A stretch of DNA of 64,000 nt from Mobula hypostoma (GCF_963921235.1 NC_086108.1:112346001-112410000); one strand, 5' to 3'. Counted from the stretch's first letter, positions 1 to 12,591 are shown. Notes: generated from the sequence alone by a model not told the origin. A program made the numbers and translations.

Positions 1-170
1 GTTTGCACATTCTCTCCATGACTGTGTGGGTTTCCTCAGGGTGCTCTGGTTTCCTCCCACGGTCCAAAAACTTACCAATTTGTAGGTTAATTGGTCATGG
101 ATGTAATTGGGCAGCGGAGGCTCGTTGGGCTGGAAAGTCCTGTTATCTCTAAATAAGATAAAACAAAATA
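1..170 (+). mobile_element. V-SINE (HE1-like), 5' end cut by window edge
   Basis: V-domain core gtgggtttcctcagggtgctctggtttcctcccac...taggttaattgg and an A-rich tail. The same core recurs many times (e.g. ~280, ~2230, ~2630, ~3320, ~6180, ~27990, ~33500, ~34740, ~38550, ~38980, ~44710). Confidence 0.8.
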
Positions 171-175
171 AAATA

Positions 176-595
176 CAGGGCTGTCTGGTAGTGTAGCAAA
201 TGTTGCTATTGCTGTACAGCACAGGCTACCTCAATCGAGGTTCAATTCTGCCGTTGTCTATGAGGGCTTTGTACATTCTCCCATGACTGTGTATGTTTCC
301 TCTGGGTGCTCTAGTTTCCTCTCATGTTCCAGAAGACGTACAGGTTACAGTTAGTGAGTTGTGGGTATGCTATGTTAATACCAGAAGCCTGGAAACACTT
401 GCAGGCTGCCCCCAGACACATAATCAGACTGTGTCAGTCGTTGATGCAAACACCAAATTTCACTGCTGCGTTCACCAGCAACTTTTATGTGTGTTGCTTG
501 AATTTCCAGCATCTGCAGAATTCCTGTTGTTTGCCAAATTTCACTGTATGTTTCGATGTTTAGATGTACATGTGACAAATAAAGCTAATCTTCTC
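176..595 (+). mobile_element. tRNA-headed V-SINE variant with different 3' tail, interrupted by a Penelope-like micro-insertion
   Basis: B-box-like ggttcaattc near 240, V core near 295-330, tail ttcactgtatgtttcgatg...aataaagctaatc. Confidence 0.7.
466..533 (+). mobile_element. 68-bp Penelope-like 3' tail insertion
   Basis: Matches the tail of the element at 15140-15815. Flanked by 13-bp TSD ccaaatttcactg (453-465, 534-546). Confidence 0.8.
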
Positions 596-809
596 TTATT
601 CTCTTCTCTATATAAGACGACACTTCAAGTTCAAGTTAAAGTTCAAGCTTATTGTCATCCCACTGTACATATATACAACCAAACGAAACAGTGTTCCTCT
701 GGACCACAATGCACCTGCGAAACATATATTGCACACAGCACATAAAACAAAAAATTTCCATAACTAAGTTAATAAAATATCATTATAGTTCATATATTCA
801 TATACTTAT

Positions 810-1280
810 CACAGGAAAGCAGCATCCAACATCAGGGACCTACCTCCACTACCCAGGCCATTCTCCCTTCTTGCTGCTGTCATCAGGAAGGAAGTACAGG
901 AGCCTCAGGACACATACCACCAGGTGCAGGAACAGTCATTACCACTCAACCATCAGGTTTTTGAACCAGAGGGGATAACTTCACTCAACTTCACTTGTCC
1001 CATCACTGAACTGTTCCCACAACCTATGGACTCACTTTCAAAGATTCTTCAATTCATGTTCTCAACATTAACTAATTATTTGTGTTTTATTATTAATAGT
1101 AGTATACTTTTTATATTTGCACTGTTTTTTGGTTTTTATATTGCACAATGGTTGTTTATCCATCCTGTTGGGTGCAGTCTTCCACTGATCCTATTGTGTT
1201 TCTTGTATTTACTGAGAGTGCCTGAAAGGAAGTGAATCTCAGGGTTGTATATGGTGATAAGTTTACTTTGCACTTTGAAA
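810..1280 (+). mobile_element. Rex1/Babar-like LINE 3' fragment
   Basis: HPGH..F.LL.SGRKYRSLRTHTTR C-terminal motif; tail ...tttactttgcactttga. Confidence 0.65.
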
Positions 1281-3659
1281 ACTCATTAGAGACAGCTCTC
1301 ACACACTTCTAACAGTGATCAGACCATGCTTAAACTAGCATAGTGTTTCTATTTTGAGAACAACACACACAAGTGGGAACTCAGCAGGTCAGTCTGCAAA
1401 TATCGAGTGATATAAACAGTCGACAATTCGCACCGAGACCAAGAATGAGGATTGATGAAAGGTCTTGGCCCAAAACGTCATCTGTTTGCTCTTTTACATA
1501 GATACAGCATCTGCAGAATCTCTAGTTCCTCTGATTGGCTGGACCACTGTCAGGCCCTGATGATCGACAATTGTTTTGCAGGTCGGCCACAGACAACAGA
1601 GGTCTATTTGGTATCGTATAGAACTGACTTCCACTGAGAGGTGTCTCCAACAAGAATATCTAACTAACACCCTGTTGGATCCTGATCCAGTTGCTATCAA
1701 AGGTTTTTTCAGAAATCAAGATTGAGGCATAAAACTTGTTGTTGCTTTACTAAGTAGTTCAAGAGCAAGGGTGGGTCATCGAGAGAAGCAAAGAAAAGAG
1801 AAGACTAAAAAGTAGATGTGGTCTTCTCATACCAGACTAGAGATAACAGAAATTCAATTGATAACAGTTAACTCATAAAGTAGCCATATTTGAGTAATGT
1901 GACACCCACAACTGAAATAAAGACATTTACAGACGAATGTAAAATACAGGCTATTCTATAGAACGCCCACAAGAAAATGAATCTTAGGATTGTATATGGT
2001 GATATATATGTACTTTGATAATAAAATTTACTTTGAACTTTGACAAATACAGCGGCAACTACTCTGTAATTACAGGAGAATTCACTGAACAATTACATGT
2101 ACAGTATATAGGTGATTATATAAAATTATATTTTTATACTTAGAAATACAATTTAGAGATTCTGGCATGCGCCACCCAATTACACCAAAGGTCAATTATC
2201 CTACTAAACCGCACATCTTTAAGATGTGGGTGGAAACTGGAGCTCCCCGAGAAAACCCATACAGTCACAGGCAGAATGTACAAACTCCTCACAAATAGCG
2301 GTGGTAATTGAACCCAGGTTGCTGACGCTGAAATAGTGTTATGCTAACTGCTACACTACTGTGCTGCCAAGCAAGTATGGAAAAGTAAAAAGACAGAAAA
2401 AATACAATTCTACGGCTCAAGCCAACAACCCCTTTCCTCAATCTCCCTCCGTATATTTCATGAGGGGATGTTGGGGGGTGGGGGGGGTATTGGCATTTTT
2501 TTGAGATACAGCGCAGAACATGCCCTTCTGACCCATTGAGCTGCACCTCCCTGCAACCTACCTGCTTAGTCCTAGCCTAATCACAGAGCAATTTGCAATG
2601 ACCAATTAACCTACATCGTTGGACTGTGAGAGGAAACTGGAGCACCCAGAGGAAACCCACATGTTCACAGGAAGAACATATGAACTTCTTGCAGTGAACA
2701 CCAGGAAAGAACTCTGAACTCCAATGCCCCAAGCTGTAATAGTGCCACAACGCTACCGAGGCACAAATTGGTTTTGTATTGTATTAACTTTGATTTAAAA
2801 CATGAGTGGAGTTGGGGCCTTTTCAGAAGTTTATGGCATTACATAGTTTTTCTATTTTGAGAAGTTAGCCATTGAAGAATTCAGTTAATACCTTCTTCTC
2901 CAGCCTGAAGCACTAGGCCTGGGCAGGAATCTACAACCTAGCTGGCTGTTCTCACTGGAGGACATGATACCTGTTGCCTTTTCAGTGGGGGGAGGACAGG
3001 GAAGGGTGGGATTGTAAACCCTAAAGGACTGGCTCTACAACTCATGGTTTCAGTATTTCTTTTTATTTGTACAATTTGTCTTATTTTGCACAATGGTTTA
3101 TTGTCGTTCTTTATTTATGTATGGTGTTTCATAAATTCTATTGTATTTCTTTCTTTTCCTGTAAATTCCTGGAAGGAAATTAATCTCAAGGTAGCATGTT
3201 ATGTACTGGGACACACAGTAGCACAGCGATTAGTGCAGCAATATTACAGCTTGGGCTGTTGGAGTTTGGAGTTCAGCTCCAAAGTCCTCTGTAAGGAAGT
3301 TTGTACATTCTTCCCATGAGCAATTGGGTTTCCTCTGGGTTCTCCAGTTTCCTCCCACATTCCAAAGACATACAGGTTAGTAAGTTAATTGGTCATTGTA
3401 AATTGTCCTGTGATTAGGCTAGTGTTAAATAGGTGGGTTGCTGGGTGGTATGACTCATTGAGCAGAAAGGGCCTGTCCTGCACTGTATTTCTAAATAAAT
3501 AAAATAAACTTTGATAATTAGTTTACTTTGAACTTTGACTTCGGACTCCTACTGATCACTGCACAGAACAAATCTGGCAATATTGTAAATCAGGTGTTCC
3601 CTCAACAGAAATGTCCAGGTTTTGTGTCTCTCTGGGTAAAAACCATTCTAATCCTGCCA

Positions 3660-4075
3660 TACCTAGCTACTGCCCATTACACCACAGGTAATTAGGGCAT
3701 CAATGAAGGTCCTCCATCCCTGGAAATGTTCAGGGCATCCTTCATTGTGTCAATAGCTTGGTTTGCACTACTGTCAGTCATGCAAGCCCTGGGTAGAGTC
3801 TCAGGAATACCATGGCACTCAGATGTAGAAGAATTCTTCATTGCTGTTTTTGTAACAGTTTTGTTTTACCAGTCGGGTTTGTTAGCCCTGAGCTGAACCC
3901 CCGAACCTGGAGGAATGGTGGGCCACTCTTAGTCTGGCCTCTATCCTTTGACCTGTTTGGCATTGGTGACCCTACCAAGAGCCAAAGCATAAAGCCCTGA
4001 CTCCAGCCAGCATAGTTCTCTGGGTCATTGAGGCACACAAACCTCCAAGCCATGACAAGACTGTGGTGCTGCTGG
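3660..4075 (-). mobile_element. Bipartite non-autonomous RTE derivative (RTE 5' UTR fused to RTE 3' end)
   Basis: Minus strand starts cttgtcatggcttggaggtttgtgtgcctcaatgaccc (RTE/Expander-type 5' UTR) and ends with a WRTFIDAL-coding RTE C-terminus. Confidence 0.6.
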
Positions 4076-4099
4076 AGGAATCCTGCCATTGTAGAGTGA

Positions 4100-4540
4100 A
4101 ATCACTTGAGTCAAGTAAGGTGTTCTCCCTAAGGGGTTATCTACTGGTGGGTCGTCAGGTGACTGTAGAGGCCGATCCAGGATCTACATGTTCTGGTGCA
4201 GTGTTTGCAAGAGTAAGTGGTGGTTGTGATTAGTGGTTGGGTCTTTTGGTTGTTCGGCCTCTCCTTTCACAGCTGCAACTTGTTCTCTGCGGCATAGTGG
4301 AAGTCGGTCTCATGTAGTGCAGCTCCCTCTTGAACAGGTTTCTCCAGGTGTATCTGTTGAGTGCCATGTCGTCCCAGTTTTTAGATGTCATGTTGAATTT
4401 CTTCCGGCTGATTTTGATCTTATCTTCGAAGTGTTTCCTTTGCCCACCAGGGGCTCGCTGACCTCCCTTCAACTGGGAGTAAAGAATCTATCTGGGGAGA
4501 CATGAACTAGGCATCCAGATGATATAACCTATCCATCGGA
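4100..4540 (-). mobile_element. RTE LINE 3' fragment
   Basis: ORF 4230-4472: GGQRAPGGQRKHFEDKIK...WDDMALNRYTWR, a typical RTE C-terminus. Confidence 0.7.
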
Positions 4541-5344
4541 GTTGGTATTGCTTTATTGTGGTGGAATCCTACCATTTGGAGACAAAAGTGGCTGCAGATG
4601 CTTGAATCTGGAGCATAAAATAAACCTATGCTCCAGACAGGTTAGTCAACATCTGTGGAGGCAGAGGGATCATACTTTGGGTCAAGACTCTCCATCAAGA
4701 CTGAGGGTGTTGCCGGAATACCTCAGTCTCCAGAGGTCAGAGAGGGTTGAGACAGAGGTGGAACAAGATGGGGGAGAAAATGGTCAGATGGAGCAAGGTG
4801 CAGAAAGGGGGGTGTAAAGGCAGAGATTGACAGGCCCAGTACAAGAGGTTAGAGGTCCAATGTCTACAAGTCTAGGAGTCCAATGCCAAGGACTGAAGAT
4901 CCAGTGGCCCATCTGAATGTATCATTGGTGGGTGAGAGGGTGGGAGAGGGGATTGTTTTGCTGTTGTTTTGTTTTGTTTTGTTTTGTTGTTGCCGGTGTT
5001 CTGCTGAATATTGTGGGCATGCTATGTTGGCATCAGAATGTATGGCAGCACTTGCTGGCAGCCCTCAGCACATCCTTAGATTGTGTTGATTGCTAACACA
5101 AATGATGGATTTCACTGTATGTCTTGATGAATGTATGATAAATAAATCTGAATATGATAGATGAAGATAGAAGAGGAAGGGAAAACCAATGAACAGATGG
5201 AGCCGGGTGGGGAAAGGATGGTGGGGAAAGGTGGTGTTGGGTCAGATGGTGGCAGGTGAAAGGTGGAAAGAAAAGAGAGAGGGATGATGGACATTTGGTG
5301 CCAGGTGGGGAGGGGAAGGGGGATAGCAAAGTTGAACCAAGAAT

Positions 5345-5935
5345 GCAGTCCTGCTACAGATGCACAGTAGAGAGCATCCTAACTTGCTGCATCATTGCAT
5401 GGTACGGAAACTGCACTGTGGTAGTCAGGAAGGCTCTACAGTGGGTGGTCAAAACTGCCCAATGCAGTTTTGACTACCTGCCTACCCACCATCAAGAACA
5501 TATATACAGAAAGGTGCTGGAAAAGGGCCAGTAACATCATGAAGGGTTCCACTCACCCTGCTCATGGACTGTTAGTCTAGGTAACATTCACGGCAGGACC
5601 ACCAGATTCAAGGACAGTTACTTTCCCAAAGCAGTGAGGCTGATCAACACCTCCACCCACTAACCCACCCCTCCACACCCCCAACCACCACTACTTTATC
5701 ATTTCCAGTCAATCACCTTATGTACAGACACTCCTGTGCCTAGCGTCACTTTACGGACATACAGCCAATCTATGTAAATAAGCTATCTTATGTATTTATA
5801 TTTATTGTGCTTTTTATAATTATATTATGTTCTATATCTTATTGTGAGTTTTTTTGTGCTGTGTTGGATCCATAGTAACAATGATTTTGTTTTCCTTTAT
5901 ACTTGTGTATGGGAAATGACATTGAACAATCTTGG
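5345..5935 (+). mobile_element. Rex1/Babar-like LINE 3' fragment
   Basis: YRCTVESILTCCIIAWYGNC...ALQWVVKTAQ motif. Confidence 0.75.
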
Positions 5936-7096
5936 ATCTCGAACCTTGAAGGGACACGAGCAGATAAGCATCTGGGGAATGGGTTGATGGACCCAGGTGG
6001 TGAAGTTGAATGAATTATTTATTTTTTTATTGATCTGTTGAGATACAGAGCAGAAAAAGCCCTTCCAGCCCTTTGAGCTAGACCACCCAGCAATCTCCCA
6101 ATTTAATCCTAGCCTAATCATGGGAGAATTTTATAATAACCAATTAACCTACCAACCGGTATGTCTTTGGACTGCCGGAGGAAACTGGAGCACCTGGAGG
6201 AAACCCATAGGGTGAAAGGGAGAACGTAAAAATCTTTACAGACAGTGGTGGGAATTGAACCTGGGCTCCCTGTGCCGTAAAACGGTATGTTAATCTTTGA
6301 AATGTAGGAGAAAACCTACATGGTCACGGGAAGAACGTACAAACTCCTTACACATAGGAGCAGGAGTTGAACCTGGTTCAATGGCACTGTAAAGCAATAT
6401 ACTCACTCATACATTACTATGTCACCCTGTGCATATGACAATAAACTTGACTTTGAATTGATTTGAAAGAAGCAGCTGATCCTGATTAAGTATCAGAATC
6501 CTTGTCCTGAACTCTGGAATGGGGATGTTTGATGGTGACATCTGTGATAAATTTGTTGGTGGATTCGTATTTAAATTTCAGTGAAAGCTTCTTTATTTAA
6601 ACCCCAATTATAAAATCACATAGCACAACAAGAGACCCTTAGAATTTTAAGAACTTTTTAAAAACTTTCCCTCATCCTCCTCCGCTTCAGAGAATAAAGG
6701 TCCCAGCCTATCCAATCTTTCTTAATAAGCACTCCATTTCAAGCAGCATTCTTATGAATATTTTCCTATTGATCAGAAAAATACTGGGTTTTAGAGCATA
6801 GAACATAGAACAGTACAGCACAAGAGCAGGCCCTTCAGCCCACAATATAGTGCCAAACCAATAAAATTAGAAATGAAATGCCAATTAAATTAATCTCTTC
6901 TGCCTTATCCTTCCATTTTCTTCACATTCACATGCCTATCTAAACAACTCTCAAAAGTCTCTAATGTTTCTGCCTCTTCCACCACCCCAGGCAGCACATT
7001 CCAGGCACCCTCCACACTCTGAGTAAAAAACTTGCCCTCTCATCTCCTTTGAAATTGCCCCCTCTCACCTTAACTGCATGCCTTCGGTATTACAAC

Positions 7097-7942
7097 CAGA
7101 TGGTGCTGGTGGAACCTTAGGGACTTCTGGCTGGTGGCCAATGAAACAAAGAAAACAACTAAATACTTTGTTAACCACACTTTTTTTGACAAACGATCAT
7201 TGCAAGTAATAGTCTGTAACTTCCCCTTGGACTTGAAGGCAATTTGATGTGGTAGGATGGAGGCAAAGAGAAGCAGCAGGCCCATCGCTGAGAGCAAGGA
7301 AAACTCAAGGTTCGATCATCTTAAACGCCGTGCCGAAGTCTGAATCAAGACAGTGAGGTCCAGGCACCAAGGCGTGCCAAATCAACTGAACTCGATGTTT
7401 GGATGGAGGCTTAAGCGCAGGGCCAAATCAGAAAAGTCAGGTACAGGCCGAATCGAGACGGTGGGGTCCAGGCACCAGAGAGGATTGAGATGACTGAACT
7501 CAATGTTTGGTTAGAGATTTAAGTGCCGTGCTGAACTGGAAAGGTTGGCTACAGGCCAAATCAAGGAGGCAGCGTCCTGGCCCCAGAGAGTGTTGAGGTG
7601 ATTAAACCCTTAGGCGCTGGGCCAGATTGAAAAGGTCAGGGTGTCAGGGCCTGAGGCGAGGGACAGGCCGGTTCAAATCGCTGCTCCTCGACTTGGCTCA
7701 CACTGAACTATAGGATACTCTTAGCAGACTTCAGGTAAGAACACTATTTGCTTGCGATTATTATTTGCATAATGTGTTCTTTTTCTCTGCACATTGGGTG
7801 TTCGACTGTCTTCTTCTTTTATACAAGCTCTTTTGGTTTCTTTGTTTTGTGGCTGCCTGTTAGGAGATGAATCTCAAGGTTGTATAATGTATACATACTT
7901 TGGTAATAAATGTATGCTGAACTTTTAACTTTGAGCTTTGAT
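7097..7942 (+). mobile_element. Non-autonomous composite retroposon: AGATGGtG head, GC-rich ~108-bp degenerate repeats, Rex1-type tail
   Basis: Internal units recur (aggtccaggcacca...actgaactc[g/a]atgtttgg); tail atgaatctcaaggttgtata...aataaa...aactttga; related element at 15090-16506. Confidence 0.55.
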
Positions 7943-8114
7943 TATACTTCCCAACCCTAGGAAAAAGATACTGTCTCTAATCTATCTATATCTATAATCT
8001 TATAAACTTCTATCAGGTCTCCCCTCAACCTCTGGTGCTCCAGAGAAAACAACCCAAGTTTGTCCAATCTCTCATTATATCACACGCTCTCTAATCATGG
8101 CAGCATCCTGGTAA

Positions 8115-8246
8115 CAAACAAGAGAAAATCTGCGGATGCTGGAAATCTAAGCAACACACAAAATACTGGAGAATCCCAGCAGGCCAGGTAGCATCTATGG
8201 AAAAGAGTACAGTTGATGTTTCGGGCCGTGATCCTTTAGCAGGACC
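8115..8246 (-). mobile_element. Short Penelope-like tail with decayed hammerhead
   Basis: Same tail family; flanked by repeated catcctggtaa. Confidence 0.75.
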
Positions 8247-8361
8247 CAACATCCTGGTAAACCATTTCTGCACAGTCTCCAAAGCCTCAGCATCCTTCCC
8301 GTGATTGGGTGACCAGAACTGTATGCAATGCTCCAGATGCAGCCCAACTAGAGTTTTATAA

Positions 8362-8646
8362 AAACCATAGACCATAAAATATAAGAGCAAAATTAGGCCA
8401 ATTGACCCATCAAGTCTGCTCTACCATTTCATCGTGGCTGATCCATTTACTCCGTCAGTCCCAATCTTCTGCCTTCTCCCCATATACTTTCATGCCCTGA
8501 CTAATCACAAATCTATCAACCTCTGCCTTAAATATACTTAAAAATTTGTCCTCCACAACCACCTGTGACAATGAATTCCTCAGATTCACCACTCTCTGGC
8601 GAAAGAAATTCCTCCTCATTTCCTTTCTAAAAGGATGCTCCTCTAT
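8362..8646 (-). mobile_element. CR1 (subfamily A) 3' end
   Basis: accatag/accataa tail and 3' UTR matching the copies at 17295, 20762 and 62590. Confidence 0.8.
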
Positions 8647-9075
8647 CTTGCATGATAAACCTGTTGGAATTCTTTGAGGAGATAAAAGGTAGATAAAGGG
8701 GATGTGGTGGATGTTGTATATTCAGACTTTCAGCGGTCTTTGACAAGATGCCACACATGAGGCTGCTTACCAAGTTAAGAGCCCATGGTATTACAGGAAA
8801 TTTACTGGCATGGTTAGAGCAAGGCAACAAGAGGGAATAAAAGGATCTTTTTCTGGTTAGCTGCCAGTTGACTAGTAGTGCTTGGCAGGGTCGGTGTTGG
8901 GACCACTTTTTTTTATGCTGTATGTCAATGATTTTGATGATGGAATAGATATCATTGTTGTCAAATTAGCAGATAATATGAAGATTGGTGGAGGGGCAGG
9001 TAGTGTAGAGGAAACGGGTAGGTTGCAGAAGGACTTGGACAGATTAGAAGAATGAGAAGAAAGTGGCAAATGAAA

Positions 9076-9254
9076 AACAATCACGAGGAAATCAGCAGAT
9101 GCTGGAAATTCAAGCAACACACACAAAATGCTGGTGGAACACAGCAGGCCAGGCAGCATCCATAGGAAGAAGCACAGTTGATGTTTCAGGCTGAGACCCT
9201 TCGTCCTGAAACGTCGACTGTGCTTCTTCCTATGGATGCTGCCTGGCCTGCTGC
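9076..9254. mobile_element. Fold-back (inverted-repeat) Penelope-like insertion
   Basis: cagcaggccaggcagcatccataggaagaagcacag is inverted as ctgtgcttcttcctatggatgctgcctggcctgctg; aatgaaa on both sides. Confidence 0.8.
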
Positions 9255-9303
9255 AATGAAATACAATGTTGGAAAATGCATGGTCATGCACTTTGGTAGT
9301 AGA

Positions 9304-9532
9304 TCCACCGAGATGCAACACAGAGCGTCATAGGAAGTCATTCCTGCCTGTGGCCATCAAACTTTACAACTCCTCCCTTGGAGGGTCAGACACCCTGAGC
9401 CAATAGGCTGGTCCTGGACTTATTTCCTGGCATAATTTACATATTACTATTTAACTATTTATGGTTTTATTACTATTTAATACCAATTTCCCCCGGGATC
9501 AATAAAGTATGACTATGACTACGACTATGACC
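9304..9532 (+). mobile_element. Rex1/Babar-like 3' tail insertion
   Basis: PPRCNTERHRKSFLPVAIKLYN; (gactat)n tail; TSD agtaga (9298-9303, 9533-9538). Confidence 0.8.
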
Positions 9533-10253
9533 AGTAGAAATAAACGTGCAGACTATTTTCTAAATGGTTTGTTCTGGTGCCCATGACTACCCATGCTGAC
9601 AGCATTCCAGAGTCCAACACCACACCCTCCCCCAGAAGAAATTATTTTCCTCAGATCCTCTCTGAGCCACTTACTCCTCACTTTAAAACTACGTTTGTAT
9701 ATCAGTAGCATAACAGTTAGAGCAACACTACTACAGCTTGGAGCGTCAGAGTTCAGAGTTCAGAGCCTGTTCCATGCTATATCTCTAAATAAAAAATGAA
9801 TGTTCTCTAGTCTAGGGCAACTTGATTTTTATTCAGGTGCAGAGCCAGGCGAAGGAGGTGGAGGAAGGTCAAAGTCACGGTCAAGTTTATTGTCATCTGC
9901 ACACGTCCATGTCTGCACAGGAATAGCGAAAACCTTACAGCAGCATCACTGACACAGAGCATCCACAAGGAAAACATAAATTAATTAATCATAAATTATA
10001 AGAAAACATAATCAGAACAAAAAAAAGGCCATTTTAGTGCAAAGGGATCAAAGTGGCCATCATGGCAGCAGAAGGACTTAGATTAGGAGAATGGGCAAAA
10101 AGTGGCAAATGAAATACAATGTTGGAAAATGCATGGTCATGCACTTTGGAATATGCAGACTATTTTCTAAACAGGGAGAAAATCCAAAAATCTGAGATGC
10201 AAAGGGACTTGGGAGTCCTTGTGCAGAACACCCTAAAGGTTGATTTGCAGGTA

Positions 10254-12591
10254 TAAACATAGAAACATAGAAAACCTACAGCACAATACAGGCCTTTTGG
10301 CCCACAAAGCTGTGCCGAATTTGTCCTTACCTTAGAACTACCTAGGCTTACCCATAGAACTCTGTTTTTCTATGCTCCATGTATCCATCCAGGAGTCTCT
10401 TAAAAGACCCTATCGTTTTTGCCTCCACTACCGCCGCCGGCAGCCCATTCCACACACTCACCACTCTGTGTAAAAAACTTACCCCTGACATCTCCTCTGT
10501 ACCTACTTCCAAGCACCTTAAAACTATGACCTCTCATGCTAGCCATTTCAGCCCTGGAAAAATGCCTCTGACTAGCCACATGATCAATGCCTCTCATTGT
10601 CTTGTACACCTCCATCAGGTCACCTCTCATCCTCCGTCACTTCAAGGAGAAAAGGCCAAGTTCACTCAACCTATTCTCATAAGGCATATTCCCTAATCCA
10701 GGCAACATCCTTGTAAATCTCCTCTGCACCCTTTCTATGGTTTCCACATCCTTCCTGTAGTGCGGCGACCAGAATTGAGCACAGTACTCCAAGAGGGGTC
10801 TGACCAGGGTCCTATATAGCTGTAACATTACCTCTTAGCTCTTAAACTCAATCCCACGATTGATAAAGGCCAATGCACCTTATGCTTTCTTAACCACAGA
10901 GTCAACCTGCGTGGCAGCTTTAAGTGTGCTATGGACTCAGGCCCCAAGATCCCTCTGATCCTCCACGCTTCCAAGAGCTTTGCCATTAAAGCTATATTCT
11001 GCCATCATATTTGATCATCCAAAATGAACCACCTCACACTTATCTGGGTTGAACTCCACCTGCCACTTCTTAGCCCAGTTTTGCTGCCTATCGATGTCCT
11101 GCTGTAACCTCTGACAGCTCTCCACACTATCCACAACACTCCCAACCTTTGTGTCATCAGCAGATTTACTAACCCATCCCTCTACTTCCTCATCCAGGTC
11201 ATTTATAAAAATCACAAGGAGAAAGGGTCCCAGAACAGATCCCTGAGGCACACCACTGGTCACCAAACTCCATGCAGAATATGACCCATCTACAACCACT
11301 CTTTGCCTTCTGTGGGCAAGCCAGTTCTGGATCCACAAAGCAATGTCCCCTTGGATCCTATGCCTCTTTACTTTCTCAATAAGCCTTACATGGGGTACCT
11401 TATCAAATGCCTTGCTAAAATCCATATAGAGTACATCTACGGCTCTACCTTCATCAATGTGTTTAGTCACATCCTCAAAAAATTCAATCAGACTCGTAAG
11501 GCAAAACCTGCCTTTGACAAAGCCATGCTGACTATTCCTAATCATATTATGCCTCTCCAGATGTTCATAAATCCTGCCTCCCTGGATCTTCTCCATCAAC
11601 TTACCAACCTCTGAAGTAAGACTCACTGGTCTATAATTTCCTGGGCTATCCATACTCCCTTTCTTGAATAAAGGAACAACATCCAATCCCTCCAATCCTC
11701 TGGAACCGCTCCCGTCCTCGTTGATGATGCAAAGATCATCGCCAGAGGCTCAGCAATCTCCTTCCTCTTTTCCCACAGTAGCCTGGGTACATCCTGTCCG
11801 GTCCTGGTGACTCACCTAACTTGATGCTTTCCAAAAGCTCCAGCACATCCTCTTCCTTAATATCTACATGCTCAAGCTTTTTAGTTTGCTGCAAGTCATC
11901 CCTACAATCACCAAGATACTTTTCCGTAGTGAATACTGAAGCAGAGTATTCATTAAGTACCTCTGCCATCTCCTCCGGCTCCATACACACTTTTCCACTG
12001 TCACACTCAATTGGTCCTATTCTCTCATGTCTTAACCTCTTGCTCTTCACATACTTGTAGAATGCCTTGGGGTTTTTCTTAATCCTGCTTGCCAAGGCCT
12101 TCTCATGGCCCCTTCTGACTCTTCTAATTTCATTCTTATCTCCTTCCTGCTAGCCTTATAATCTTCTACATCTCTATCATTACCTAGTTTTTTGAACCTT
12201 TCGTAAGCTCTTCTTTTCTTCTTGACTAGATTTACAACAGCCTTTATACACCACGGTTCTTGTATCCTCAAGACGCAGGACCCCAACCTCAAGCCTCAAG
12301 ACGCAGGACCCCAACCTCAAGCCTCAAGACGCAGGACCCTAGCCTTAAGCCTCAAGACACAGGACCCCAGCCTCAAGCCTCAAGATGCAGGACTTTCCCT
12401 ATCTCATTGGAATGTATCTACGCAGAACCCCACGCAAATATCCCTTGAACATTTGCCACATTTCTTCCATACGTTTCCCTGAGAACATCTGTTTCCAATT
12501 TATGCTTCCAAGTTCCTCCCGGATAGCCTCATATTCCCCCTTACTCCGATTAAACGTTTCTCTAACTTGTCTGTTCCTATTCCTCTCCAGT
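10254..12591 (-). mobile_element. CR1 (subfamily B), 5'-truncated ORF2 (RT) pseudogene
   Basis: [43 protein letters not shown]; (aaacatag)n tail; TSD ggta (10250-10253, 12592-12595). Confidence 0.9.
12266..12393. repeat. Minisatellite, 28-bp unit x ~4.5
   Basis: cctcaagacgcaggaccccaacctcaag tandemly repeated. Confidence 0.95.

Larger units (their letters stand above)
6795..8360 (-). mobile_element. Old CR1 3' fragment, interrupted by 7097-7942 and 8115-8246
   Basis: (catagaa)n tail; YKTLVGLHLEHCIQFWSP...LETVQKWFTRM. Confidence 0.7.
8650..9567 (+). mobile_element. CR1 (subfamily A) RT fragment, interrupted at 9076 and 9304
   Basis: gactttcag...tttgacaagatgccacacatgaggc; gtcggtgttgggaccac; gcagataatatgaagattgg (FADD region). 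Confidence 0.8.

Noticed and set aside
12266..12393. CRISPR-like array (28-bp repeats)
   Set aside because: Units are contiguous with no unique spacers, no cas genes, and the context is vertebrate
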